In this document: in pieces, positions 18,183 to 26,616 of the stretch
How positions within the stretch are numbered: the stretch's first letter is position 1
How the letters are laid out: every line of letters begins with the position of its first letter
NCBI GenBank assembly: GCA_045863475.1
Contig: BTUR01000002.1
Span: 410 to 64,409 of the forward strand
Reading direction: 5' to 3'
DNA: 64,000 nt
From: Candidatus Campbellbacteria bacterium
GTDB lineage: Bacteria; Patescibacteriota; Minisyncoccia; Phycocordibacterales; EsbW-18
Translations under genes and position numbers: made by a program
The notes under the pieces: generated by a model
What the model was told of the DNA's origin: nothing
Databases searched by the model: none
Seen by the model: the letters and a program-made list of their open reading frames with translations, nothing else

Positions 18183-18204
18183 CCTACGCAAGTAGGGATT
18201 TTTG
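18183..18204 (+). terminator. GNRA-loop hairpin terminator (CCTAC-GCAA-GTAGG + TTTTTG)
   Basis: Closes a roughly 150-nt promoter-to-terminator unit (TTGACA at 18052) with no credible ORF. Confidence 0.45.
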
Positions 18205-18223
18205 ATTTTAGGAGAGACAAGGG

Positions 18224-19423
18224 CTACTCAAAGATATCCCACATTTCTTTGTCTTCGTTGCCGTCGAATTTAAATATCGCAACACCTAAAAGGTCGTACT
18301 CTTTCGCGAGGTCCACTTTTTGCCGGATGGCTTCCGCATCGCTCCACGTCGCGTAGTAGAACACGGACGGCAAGCCTGTCTGTTTTGTATAAGCGAAACT
18401 CAGTGCCGCGGCACGGCTTGCGTCAGACGTTGTGTTCGGGATTGATACCGCACCGTTGAATTGAGGTGCGTTTTTGAGTGTCGGGAAGGAGAAGGAAAGT
18501 TCTCCGGCGTCACTTCGCTCAGGTGTCACACGCTCGTGTTTTGCGGTCTTACTGCCGTAGGATGGATTGAATGCGCCGGTTTTGTTGTAGGCCTGGTACG
18601 CGTCTGAATATACGACGACTTCGTACTCGTGCCCGTACGTGGGGATACCCAAACTAAGCTTTTCTTTCGGAATGGTTTGCAGTGTCAGTTCAATAACCTT
18701 TCGCACCCATGCGGGATCGGATACCGGAATATAGGGTTCACCGGGGTGGCTTTTGTTGAGTTTGAGGTCGGCGCGTTGCTGGTCGTACGTCATGATGTTG
18801 ACGTGGTCGCAGTACTTTGCGATTGCATTAAAATCGTTTGCGTAGCGAAGGTCCGCGGGCATTGTTGTATAGAGCGAGTCCGGCGGCGTGCGCGCTTCAA
18901 TGGTGCAGGAAAGTACTTTGTTTTTTCCAAGTTCATCTTTCAGCTCGCGCAGGAAAAGTGCAAAAGCATCGTGTGTTTCGGCGAGCTTGCCTTCGTAGTC
19001 GATGTCCACGCCGTCGTATTTTCCTTTGCGCACCATGTCACTGATTTCTTCAACGTGATTTTTTCGGAGGTCTTCATTGGTAAGTACCGCGTGCATCATG
19101 TACGTGTTGCTCCACATAACCGTCGGAATAACGAGGATGTCTTTTTTGCGCGCGGTTGAGAACAGTTTTTTCCACGTGCTTTTTTTGAGTTTTGCGAGAT
19201 CAGTGAGCGAGCCGTCGTTTTTTACCGTGTAAGCAAACGGGAAGATGACGGAGAGTTCGCTGAGGTGTTTGCGTGCATCACGCGTACCACTTGAGGCAGC
19301 CCAGTAGGGAATCCACCCGGACACTTCAAGGTCAGATGCAGCGAACAGCGGGGCGGGGGAAGCACCGAGTAGAAGCATTGTCGCGCAGAGCAGTACAAGT
19401 TTGTTTTGCAGTGCGTGTTTCAT
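18224..19423 (-). CDS. Secreted glycoside hydrolase family 18 (chitinase-like)
   Basis: Signal peptide MKHALQNKLVLLCATMLLLGA and the DGVDIDYE catalytic motif. The 126-aa upstream ORF extension is discarded. Confidence 0.8.
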   Translation of the reverse strand: MKHALQNKLVLLCATMLLLGASPAPLFAASDLEVSGWIPYWAASSGTRDARKHLSELSVIFPFAYTVKNDGSLTDLAKLKKSTWKKLFSTARKKDILVIPTVMWSNTYMMHAVLTNEDLRKNHVEEISDMVRKGKYDGVDIDYEGKLAETHDAFALFLRELKDELGKNKVLSCTIEARTPPDSLYTTMPADLRYANDFNAIAKYCDHVNIMTYDQQRADLKLNKSHPGEPYIPVSDPAWVRKVIELTLQTIPKEKLSLGIPTYGHEYEVVVYSDAYQAYNKTGAFNPSYGSKTAKHERVTPERSDAGELSFSFPTLKNAPQFNGAVSIPNTTSDASRAAALSFAYTKQTGLPSVFYYATWSDAEAIRQKVDLAKEYDLLGVAIFKFDGNEDKEMWDIFE

Positions 19424-19509
19424 ATACATACAGTATACCTTGCGATACACAAAACGTTTCAGATTATTTATCCGCACATTCATGTGTTCTTCAGGTGGTA
19501 TGGTGATAC

Positions 19510-19537
19510 TTGACAAAATACCGTAGAGTGCTATACT
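19510..19537 (+). promoter_or_regulatory. Near-consensus sigma70 promoter with extended -10 (TTGACA-16-TGcTATACT) driving cassette A
   Basis: TTGACAaaataccgtagagTGcTATACT. Confidence 0.55.
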
Positions 19538-19585
19538 GTACACGGACAATCGAATGGTCGATTGCCGGACGCTTCGGAGGCATTC

Positions 19586-19816
19586 ATGGCGAGCAACAAG
19601 AAGTTCTGGCGGAGGGACTGCGACAAGAGCCTGCGGAACATCGGACGCCGGAGCTACTGGTTCCGCGAGCCGAGCGCTCGTCGTGAAGCGGTTCTGCCGG
19701 GTTCGAAGCTCATCCGTACCGCCGTCGTGGCCGGGTTCGAGAAGAACCGTGAGCGGTTGCCGCCGAACGTGTTCAACAGCCGCGGGGGCTGCTGCCGCCA
19801 CTTCGGCATCGCCTAG
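19586..19816 (+). CDS. Cassette A: small Arg-rich protein (76 aa) with extreme GC3 and a strong SD. Compositionally foreign.
   Basis: GGAGG sits 5 nt before the ATG. Codon positions 3 are almost all G/C (AAG, GAG, TTC, CGG..). MASNKKFWRRDCDK...GGCCRHFGIA. Confidence 0.5.
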   Translation: MASNKKFWRRDCDKSLRNIGRRSYWFREPSARREAVLPGSKLIRTAVVAGFEKNRERLPPNVFNSRGGCCRHFGIA

Positions 19817-19838
19817 AAGTCGACCAAGAACTACCGAA

Positions 19839-19876
19839 GGCGCCTCAGCACACAGTGTGCAGAGGCGCTTTTCTCA
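19839..19876 (+). terminator. Intrinsic terminator of cassette A
   Basis: GGCGCCTC agcacacagtgtgcaga GAGGCGC followed by TTTTCTCATTT. Confidence 0.6.
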
Positions 19877-19894
19877 TTTGCTACAATTATATTC

Positions 19895-20464
19895 ATGACA
19901 AATGACGCGCGCGTGAACACAGAAAACGAAATCGCGGTGTTCGGCGGAGGATGTTTTTGGTGCACTGAAGCAGTTTTCAAAGAACTTCGCGGTGTAGTTT
20001 TCGTTGAGCCAGGATATACCGGCGGAACAAAAGAACGTCCAACGTACGAAGAGGTGTGCTCGGGAACGACCGGTCACGCAGAGGCGATTCGCATCACGTA
20101 TGACCCGAAGCTTATCGCGTTCCGCGATCTCCTCACCGTGTTTTTTGCGACGCACGATCCGACGACACCAAACCGGCAGGGAAATGACGTCGGCACGCAG
20201 TACCGCTCAGCGATTTTTTACACGACACCGCAACAAAAAGAAGAAGCAGAGCGTTTTATAGCCGAGCTTGAAAAGCAGAGCACACTCGGCGGACACGTGG
20301 TTACCGAAATTACTCCATTGAGTACGTTTTTTGAAGCGGAAGGATACCACCGAGACTACTTCGCGCGGAATCCGGAGAAAGCGTACTGTCAGCTTGTTAT
20401 CAATCCGAAACTGGAGAAGGTACAAAAACAGTTTGCGGAGCTTTTGAACGATCACACACTGTAA
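19895..20464 (+). CDS. msrA: Peptide methionine sulfoxide reductase MsrA
   Basis: GGGCFWC active-site motif. Confidence 0.9.
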   Translation: MTNDARVNTENEIAVFGGGCFWCTEAVFKELRGVVFVEPGYTGGTKERPTYEEVCSGTTGHAEAIRITYDPKLIAFRDLLTVFFATHDPTTPNRQGNDVGTQYRSAIFYTTPQQKEEAERFIAELEKQSTLGGHVVTEITPLSTFFEAEGYHRDYFARNPEKAYCQLVINPKLEKVQKQFAELLNDHTL

Positions 20465-20483
20465 CGATTAAAAACGCACAACA

Positions 20484-20513
20484 AAAAAGACCCCTGTGCA
20501 GGGGTCTTTTTTG
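20484..20513. terminator. Bidirectional intrinsic terminator
   Basis: AAAAAAGACCCCTG tgca GGGGTCTTTTTTG. Confidence 0.8.
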
Positions 20514-20542
20514 TTGTGCGTCACATCACGTGATGTGTACCG

Positions 20543-21967
20543 CTATGCTCCTGATTCGGTTGTCGTTGACAACTCATCCGACAAAGATGCGTTATCCGAT
20601 TCATCAACCGACTGCACTCTCAGGTAGTAGAGGGTGGCTGGTGAGAGATCCTCAATAACCAATTCGTGATCGGTTACGAGTGCGTCACTGCCGATGAATG
20701 CCCCTGTCTCGCTGACATCAACGGGTGTGCTTGTCCCGAAGAATGCCTTCGAGTCAGACGGCTCGTCGGTCGTCCACTGCACGACTATGGACTCATCTGC
20801 GGGGAGCATAATGATGTCGCTGATAACAGGCGGTACATCATCCGGCGGAGGCGGAACATCCTTGACCTCAACTGATGTCGTTGCTACCGCGGTTGCACCG
20901 GCGTCGTCTTGTACCGTGAAGGTGATGATGTACGAACCAGCCTCCGCGTATGTGTGCGTGAAGGTCGAGGTTTGTACAAACGGCTCGCCCATCATGATGC
21001 TGCTTCTGAGTGTTGCACTGTCGCCCCAGTCAACGGAGTAGGAAAGCGGTCCGTCCTCCGGATCAAGGGCGTTGACTGTCCATTCCCCTTCCGCGTCAAC
21101 CTCAATCGTCTCCGGTCCCGCAACCGATGTGATAACCGGGTCTTCGTTCTCGGGCGGCTCGACCGCCGGCGTCGTGAAGGTTACCTCAGACGATGTCGCC
21201 ACACCGCCGTCCCGTGTTTCTGAACGGGCGACTGCGTAGTACATGGTGTCGGGTTCAAGGTGCTTTAGGTTGATGACGTGGTGCTTTACCCGGCCGCGAC
21301 GGTGTACATCCGGGTCATCTGACATATCAACCGGGGATGAGGTGCTCACCCACACCGAACTGTCGGAGCGAATGTCGGTGTCCCACACAATCTTTGCCTT
21401 GTACGGCGACTTCACATCGACCGAAAGATCGGAGATTACCGGGGCCTGGACTTCATCGCCATCTACGCGCACCGTGACGGATGACTTTGCCGTGCGCCCC
21501 TCCTCATCCATCACCGTGAATCGAACGGTGTAGACGCCATCGTGGTCGTAGACGTGCGAGAAGGTTGCCGTTTGCACGAACTCTTGTTCAGCCTTGAATG
21601 CGCGAGAGAACATGTTGCTGTCTCCCCAATCAACGGCGTAGGAGAGGGAGCCGTCCTCGGGGTCCGATGCGCGAACCTCCCACGTACCTTCCTGTCCTGC
21701 GGATAGAACAGTCGGTGCGGTTATGCCGGAGATGACCGGCGCGCGATTTTCCGCTGCGAACGCTGAGCGCGTGCGGCCTTCCAAGAACTTACTCCAGAAG
21801 GAACCCCAGCGCGATGCGTCATCGCGAGAATCCGACTTGAATTCCGCGCGCGCCTTGGTTTCAGAATATGCACGACCGTCCTTCTTTTCAGCCAGCGCGA
21901 ATGCTGACGGAAAGGCGAGAGCGGCGAGCATAAGTGATCCAAGGACTATTTTTTGTGTTTTTCTCAT
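20543..21967 (-). CDS. Secreted repeat protein with 2x (PKD-like + FN3-like) modules
   Basis: A signal peptide, then two roughly 190-aa internal repeats (..DPEDGSLSYAVDWGDS.. and ..DPEDGPLSYSVDWGDS..), each followed by a PVISD..VWDTD / VQWTTD module. Confidence 0.7.
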   Translation of the reverse strand: MRKTQKIVLGSLMLAALAFPSAFALAEKKDGRAYSETKARAEFKSDSRDDASRWGSFWSKFLEGRTRSAFAAENRAPVISGITAPTVLSAGQEGTWEVRASDPEDGSLSYAVDWGDSNMFSRAFKAEQEFVQTATFSHVYDHDGVYTVRFTVMDEEGRTAKSSVTVRVDGDEVQAPVISDLSVDVKSPYKAKIVWDTDIRSDSSVWVSTSSPVDMSDDPDVHRRGRVKHHVINLKHLEPDTMYYAVARSETRDGGVATSSEVTFTTPAVEPPENEDPVITSVAGPETIEVDAEGEWTVNALDPEDGPLSYSVDWGDSATLRSSIMMGEPFVQTSTFTHTYAEAGSYIITFTVQDDAGATAVATTSVEVKDVPPPPDDVPPVISDIIMLPADESIVVQWTTDEPSDSKAFFGTSTPVDVSETGAFIGSDALVTDHELVIEDLSPATLYYLRVQSVDESDNASLSDELSTTTESGA

Positions 21968-22084
21968 GTGGTGTACCAGTGTGTACTGGTAAAGGTTAGT
22001 AACTCATAAAGGTGGCGTGCGCGACCGACGAAAGCGCGCGAACGCCGAGAGGTGAGTATAGACAAGGCACGTTGAGTTTTTGGT

Positions 22085-22106
22085 GAAGCCCGTAGGGCTT
22101 TTTTGG
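22085..22106 (+). terminator. Hairpin + T-run
   Basis: GAAGCCCG ta GGGCTTTTTTGG. Confidence 0.5.
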
Positions 22107-22158
22107 GATGTGTGGATAACTCACTTGCCAAGGTTTGGTGGTGGTGTAGCATCAATTC

Positions 22159-22190
22159 TGCAGATGTCTCCACGCAAGTGGGGACATTTG
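22159..22190 (+). repeat. GNRA-capped hairpin 1 (14-bp stem, GCAA loop)
   Basis: GCAGATGTCTCCAC-GCAA-GTGGGGACATTTGC. Confidence 0.6.
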
Positions 22191-22273
22191 CATTTTAGGA
22201 GGGAAAATGACAGAAACTGCCCGCTGTGGATAACGCGCTTGCACTCCTTTCTATGGTTTTGTACGATGGCTCC

Positions 22274-22307
22274 TGTAAACGTCTCCACGCAAGTGGAGGC
22301 GTTTACA
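22274..22307 (+). repeat. GNRA-capped hairpin 2. Same apical GTCTCCAC-GCAA-GTGGAG as hairpin 1, with a covarying basal stem.
   Basis: TGTAAACGTCTCCAC-GCAA-GTGGAGGCGTTTACA. Confidence 0.6.
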
Positions 22308-22332
22308 CGTTTATGGGAAAGTTTGTGAAAGA

Positions 22333-22581
22333 ATGGAAGACGGTATACTGTCGGCAATGCCCTATATACAGGTGAAAGTAACGCCGAGTGCCCGCACGGA
22401 ACGCTTTGAAGTTCGCAATGACGGCCTGTTCGTTATTGCGGTGAGAGAGAAGCCAAAAGACGATGAGGCGAACATTCGGGTGCTCGCTCTCTTGGCAAAG
22501 CATCTCAAAGTCCCTAAAACGAGTTTGCGTATCAAGCGCGGTCTCCGGGGCAGGAATAAGCTCATCGAGATCGCGGAATAA
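22333..22581 (+). CDS. DUF167/YggU-family small protein
   Basis: 82 aa with the ..KVTPSAR.ERFEV...L.I.V.E.P..GEAN..V..LLAK.L.VPK..L.I..G pattern. Confidence 0.55.
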   Translation: MEDGILSAMPYIQVKVTPSARTERFEVRNDGLFVIAVREKPKDDEANIRVLALLAKHLKVPKTSLRIKRGLRGRNKLIEIAE

Positions 22582-22742
22582 GTGCACGTGTAATAGAAAA
22601 GCACCGTACTGCGCGGTGCTTTTTCTAATCACCCCTATTTCTTGAAACCTTTCATGAAGTCTTCACTATATACATAGTATCCTTAGCCACAGCCGTACTA
22701 TGCAGTACATTTCCACGGCGTTAGCAGGTATAACACACACCC

Positions 22743-23417
22743 ATGCGTATACTCATCGTAGAAGACGAACAAAAACTCGCCGAGACGCTTGCCCAGGGTC
22801 TTGAGCGCAAAGGGTACGCAAGCGATATAATTGAAGATGGCGAAAAGGCGTTGACGCGCATCCTGATGCACCGCGACGATTACGACCTGATTATTCTTGA
22901 CCTCATGCTTCCGACGCTTGATGGTCGCGAAATATGCCGTCAGGTTCGGGAACAGAACATCACGGTGCCGATTCTCGTGCTCACTGCGCGCAATGAGACC
23001 GAGAACAAAGTTGATTTGCTCGAATCCGGAGCGGATGACTATCTCGTCAAACCGTTTTCGTTCAGCGAACTGCTCGCGCGCGTACAGGCGCTCTTGCGCC
23101 GGCCGACGACGATGTTGCCGGTGACGCTGCGATTTGCGGACATCGAGCTGGATGTCGCGCAGCACACGGTGACGCGCGACGGAAAACCGGTTCCACTGAC
23201 ACTCAAAGAGTTCACGCTCTTGGAGTACTTCATGCGGAATCCGGACACGGTTATTAACCGCGAAGATATTCTCAGCCACTTGTGGGACTTCAACTATGAA
23301 TCATTCAGCAACGTCGTCGACGTCCACGTCAAAAACCTCCGACACAAACTCAACGCCGGGGGTCGCCCGAATCTACTGGAAACGGTTCGCGGGGTTGGGT
23401 ACCGGCTTCGCGAATAA
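22743..23417 (+). CDS. OmpR-family response regulator
   Basis: Receiver domain (D at ILDLMLP) and a winged-helix C-terminus (VHVKNLRHKL..GYRLRE). Confidence 0.9.
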   Translation: MRILIVEDEQKLAETLAQGLERKGYASDIIEDGEKALTRILMHRDDYDLIILDLMLPTLDGREICRQVREQNITVPILVLTARNETENKVDLLESGADDYLVKPFSFSELLARVQALLRRPTTMLPVTLRFADIELDVAQHTVTRDGKPVPLTLKEFTLLEYFMRNPDTVINREDILSHLWDFNYESFSNVVDVHVKNLRHKLNAGGRPNLLETVRGVGYRLRE

Positions 23418-24492
23418 GTACCGGTCCGACATCTTTTTTCGCACGAAGACGAACATCATCGTGCTCCAGACCGGCTTTACGGTGCTGCTCATTGTGCTCA
23501 CCGGCGTCGGGTTCGACTATTTTTATAAAGATCTCTCAAGTGCGCTCATCGAAGAGGTCATTGAGAGTTTGCAGTCGTCTCCGAGCATGGAGCGAGCCGG
23601 CGTCATTGCCGCTGAACTTGAATACGTGAAGACGCGTGCGCTGATACTTGCGATTGCCGCAGTGCTTTCGGTCGCAGCCGTATTCGGTTATGGTGTCGCA
23701 CGTCTTACACTGGCCCCCACACGTAAGGCGCTTTCCTCACAAAAACGCTTTATCGGTGATCTTGCACACGAAATTCGAACACCGGTGACGATTCTCAAGA
23801 CCAATATGGAAGTTGCACTTTTGGAAGAGGGTCTGCCGTCGTCACAACGGAAAGCAATACGCAGTAACATTGAAGAGCTCGACCGTATCGCGGACCTTAT
23901 CAATAACTTACTTTCACTCAACGCGCTGTTTCGTCCGGAGCGGATGGAGTTTAAGGACATAGACTTCGGTGAAGTTGTCGATGACGCGCTGAGTAAGTTG
24001 TCTGAGTTTGCGGAGCACAAAAATCTTCATATCACGAAACGGAAGAGCACAACCCGCATGGTTCGCGGTAATGCAACTGCGCTCGGACAAGTTGCCATGA
24101 ACGTGCTTAAGAATGCGATGTGGTATACGCCGGAGAACGGCCAGATCGACATCGCCGTCATACCTGATTATCAAGGATTCATCGAACTGACCGTTCGAGA
24201 CTCCGGTATCGGCATTGCGCGCGATGATTTGTTCCATATTTTCGAACCGTTCTATCGTGCTGAGCGTTCGCGTGCGCGGCACAGCGGCGGTAGCGGGCTC
24301 GGGCTCGCCATTGTCAACGACATTGTAAAGCTACATAACGGCAAGATTGCAATTAAGAGTGCCCCAAAAAAAGGAACAACAATAATGATATCGATTCCGT
24401 GCGGCTCACCCGGCTCTGAAGCGGACACTCCCAAAAAACCCAAAGGGGAAGTTGCCGTCGATTTTTCTAACAAACAAAACGAAACTGTGTAG
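23296..24492 (+). CDS. Sensor histidine kinase (2 TM, HisKA + HATPase_c). The annotated ATG overlaps the regulator gene by 122 nt, so the true start is probably a downstream non-ATG codon.
   Basis: H-box IGDLAHEIRTPVT, N-box NVLKNAMWYTP, G-boxes DSGIGI and GGSGLGLAIV. Confidence 0.8.
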   Translation: MNHSATSSTSTSKTSDTNSTPGVARIYWKRFAGLGTGFANKYRSDIFFRTKTNIIVLQTGFTVLLIVLTGVGFDYFYKDLSSALIEEVIESLQSSPSMERAGVIAAELEYVKTRALILAIAAVLSVAAVFGYGVARLTLAPTRKALSSQKRFIGDLAHEIRTPVTILKTNMEVALLEEGLPSSQRKAIRSNIEELDRIADLINNLLSLNALFRPERMEFKDIDFGEVVDDALSKLSEFAEHKNLHITKRKSTTRMVRGNATALGQVAMNVLKNAMWYTPENGQIDIAVIPDYQGFIELTVRDSGIGIARDDLFHIFEPFYRAERSRARHSGGSGLGLAIVNDIVKLHNGKIAIKSAPKKGTTIMISIPCGSPGSEADTPKKPKGEVAVDFSNKQNETV

Positions 24493-24646
24493 CGCCGCTG
24501 CTCTTCTTCACCGCCCTTTCAGCACGAGGCGTGTATAGTGTGCGTTCGTCGGGGGGATAGCGCGGAGCACTGTGCTTCGCGCAGTACAACATATGCACAC
24601 AGCGCATGGTACAATAGGCACATTATCCATTGACCATACCTATCGT

Positions 24647-25027
24647 ATGATCAACATCAACTTGAAAGCATCGGGTATCGATTTGACGCCCGCGCTCCGC
24701 TCGTACGTAGACGACAAGATGAAGGCGTTGGAGAAATTTATTGATCCGAATATTGCCGCGCAAGCGGACGTTGAGATTGGTCAGACGACGCACCACCACC
24801 AGTCCGGGAAGATTTTTCGATGCGAAATAAATCTTGTGGTTCCCGGTGATCTTATTCGGGTAGTCGCGCAGGAGGAGGACCTCTACGCCGCGATTGACGT
24901 CGCCAAAGACGAATTGCTCGACAAAGTCAGAAAGCGCAAGGATAAGAAGACAAAGGACGTTCGGCGTGCCTCGCGCATGTTTAAAAGCGTGCTCCGCAAG
25001 TTTGGTTTTGGCAACGACGAGGCCTAA
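24647..25027 (+). CDS. hpf: Ribosome hibernation promoting factor (HPF/RaiA, short form)
   Basis: MININLKASGIDLTPALRSYVDDKM..KF matches the sigma54-modulation/RaiA family. Confidence 0.8.
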   Translation: MININLKASGIDLTPALRSYVDDKMKALEKFIDPNIAAQADVEIGQTTHHHQSGKIFRCEINLVVPGDLIRVVAQEEDLYAAIDVAKDELLDKVRKRKDKKTKDVRRASRMFKSVLRKFGFGNDEA

Positions 25028-25887
25028 CGGAGGAAATCCTCGTACGCCATCTCTTTTCTTCCTTCAGGAATGACGCGCTCAAGAATGAGCGCGTCATTCT
25101 CAATTCGTGCTGAGGTTACGACGACACGAACTCGAGCACCGTTTTTTTCTGCAAAAAAGTACGCACGCGGCCAGATGTCATAAGCGAGTATTGCGCGGTA
25201 ATTTTTTATCGGATCATCGGACAGGTCAATGCGCGCGTCGTCCTTTGTAATCATGGAACAGTACGTTGCGGCAGTGTCGTCTTGAGGCACGGGTGTGAGT
25301 GTGCCGGAGAGATACGGTGCAATGCTTCGTGTGAGGAGGTGTGCGCCACGCCTTGCCGCCAGTGCGCGCAGGCGCGATGCGGTAACGGGCCACTCGGGAA
25401 GCTCGTCGACGACGGACTCTTGCGCGAGCACTGGACCGTGGTCCATCTTTTCGTCCAAGAGCATTACCGAGACGCCCACATTCCGTGCGTTTGTTTCAGA
25501 GAGTATTTGTGACTCAATAGGCGAAGGTCCGCGGTGTTTCGGTAAGAGCGAGGGGTGCATATTGAGTGCACCGTGTTTCGGGATATCAAGAAGCGCTTGC
25601 GGAATAATTTTGCCGTACGCAACAACAATGAAGAGATCCGCACCGACGGCCCGGATATTTTCAACAACACTTTCCTCGGAGAGTTTTACAGGCTTGAGTA
25701 CGGGAACGCCGTGCGCGTGCGCCCATTGCGCCGCGTCCGACGGTGTTAACAACATACCGCGCCCTTTTTTCGTATCAGGTGCGGTGACGATAAGCGACGG
25801 TATCATGCCGGCGTCGTGGAGTGTCTGGAGGGACACGACCGCGATGTCAGGCGTGCCGAAAAAAACAAATCGGAAAGGGTTAGTCAT
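25024..25887 (-). CDS. fmt: Methionyl-tRNA formyltransferase
   Basis: FFGTPDIAV N-terminus, HPSLLPKHRG, and a C-terminal Fmt domain. The N-terminal ORF extension is discarded. Confidence 0.85.
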   Translation of the reverse strand: MTNPFRFVFFGTPDIAVVSLQTLHDAGMIPSLIVTAPDTKKGRGMLLTPSDAAQWAHAHGVPVLKPVKLSEESVVENIRAVGADLFIVVAYGKIIPQALLDIPKHGALNMHPSLLPKHRGPSPIESQILSETNARNVGVSVMLLDEKMDHGPVLAQESVVDELPEWPVTASRLRALAARRGAHLLTRSIAPYLSGTLTPVPQDDTAATYCSMITKDDARIDLSDDPIKNYRAILAYDIWPRAYFFAEKNGARVRVVVTSARIENDALILERVIPEGRKEMAYEDFLR

Positions 25888-26392
25888 TTTCTTTTGGCGG
25901 CGGAATATCACGTACGTCCCGGGCAGTGTCGGTGAACAAGACGCCGTTGAGGTGGTCGGTTTCGTGCTGAAATATTTGTGCGAGGAGCCCTGAACCGCCG
26001 AGGGTGAATTTCTTTCCGTTTTCATCATGTGCGGTGACCGTTGCTTTCAGTGCACGCGGCACCTCGCCGTACTTCCACCGCACCGACAAGCAGCCCTCTT
26101 CAAGCCATTCTCTTTCTTTTGAGAGTTTCGTGATGTTCGGGTTGATGAAAACGCGGTCGGGAGGCAGTGGTGCATCAATATCTTTTGCAAATACTTTTCC
26201 GGAGATGACAAAGATGCGCAGAGAGACGCCGATTTGTGGTGCGGCAATAGCAACACCGTCAGGCTCTTGTGCAAGTGCTTTCTGCATATCCGCAAGAATC
26301 TTTTTTAGCTTTGTGCTTCCGATATCTTGTATCGGCACGTCCTGCGCTATTGCGCGTAGCACCTTGTCCTCTGCTTGGACGATTTCTTTCAT
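25880..26392 (-). CDS. def: Peptide deformylase
   Basis: GVAIAAPQIG, EGCLS and HETDHL motifs. Overlaps the fmt start by 8 nt. Confidence 0.9.
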   Translation of the reverse strand: MKEIVQAEDKVLRAIAQDVPIQDIGSTKLKKILADMQKALAQEPDGVAIAAPQIGVSLRIFVISGKVFAKDIDAPLPPDRVFINPNITKLSKEREWLEEGCLSVRWKYGEVPRALKATVTAHDENGKKFTLGGSGLLAQIFQHETDHLNGVLFTDTARDVRDIPPPKEND

Positions 26393-26616
26393 GATGTCCC
26401 AGTATACATGGCGAGCGGCGCCGTTTCTATTTTGGACAAAAAGGCCCCTGGCAGAGGAGGGGTTCCCGCCAGGGGTTGAAGAAGCGAGCCGGTCGAGGGC
26501 GGAACGACACGCGCGTTCCGATGCAGACAGCCGACTCTGGACGCTCTGCACGGCCTCATCATACTGCCTGTCGGGGTCGCGTCAAACCGCTTGTCGGTGT
26601 GGTAGGCTGTCCTCGT

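Noticed and set aside
18224-19801. The GH18 ORF as given extends 126 aa upstream (to 19801) through a GC-rich region.
   Set aside because: The extension is Arg/Pro/Ala-rich junk antisense to cassette A and its promoter. A signal peptide begins at the internal Met (19423), so the true start is there.
22000-22330. A CRISPR-like or REP array was considered for the repeated GTCTCCAC...GTGG hairpins.
   Set aside because: There are only two copies, they are individually palindromic with different flanks, and there are no regularly spaced spacers or cas genes nearby. Reported instead as a structured-RNA candidate.
26476-26616. N-terminal extensions of mnmA (26476), def (to 26551), fmt (to 26028), hpf (24572), mreB (33837), mraZ (40491), greA (37686) and rpmF (58422).
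   Set aside because: Each has a conserved family N-terminus at an internal Met. The extensions overlap neighbouring genes or intergenic signals and are Arg-rich or low-complexity.
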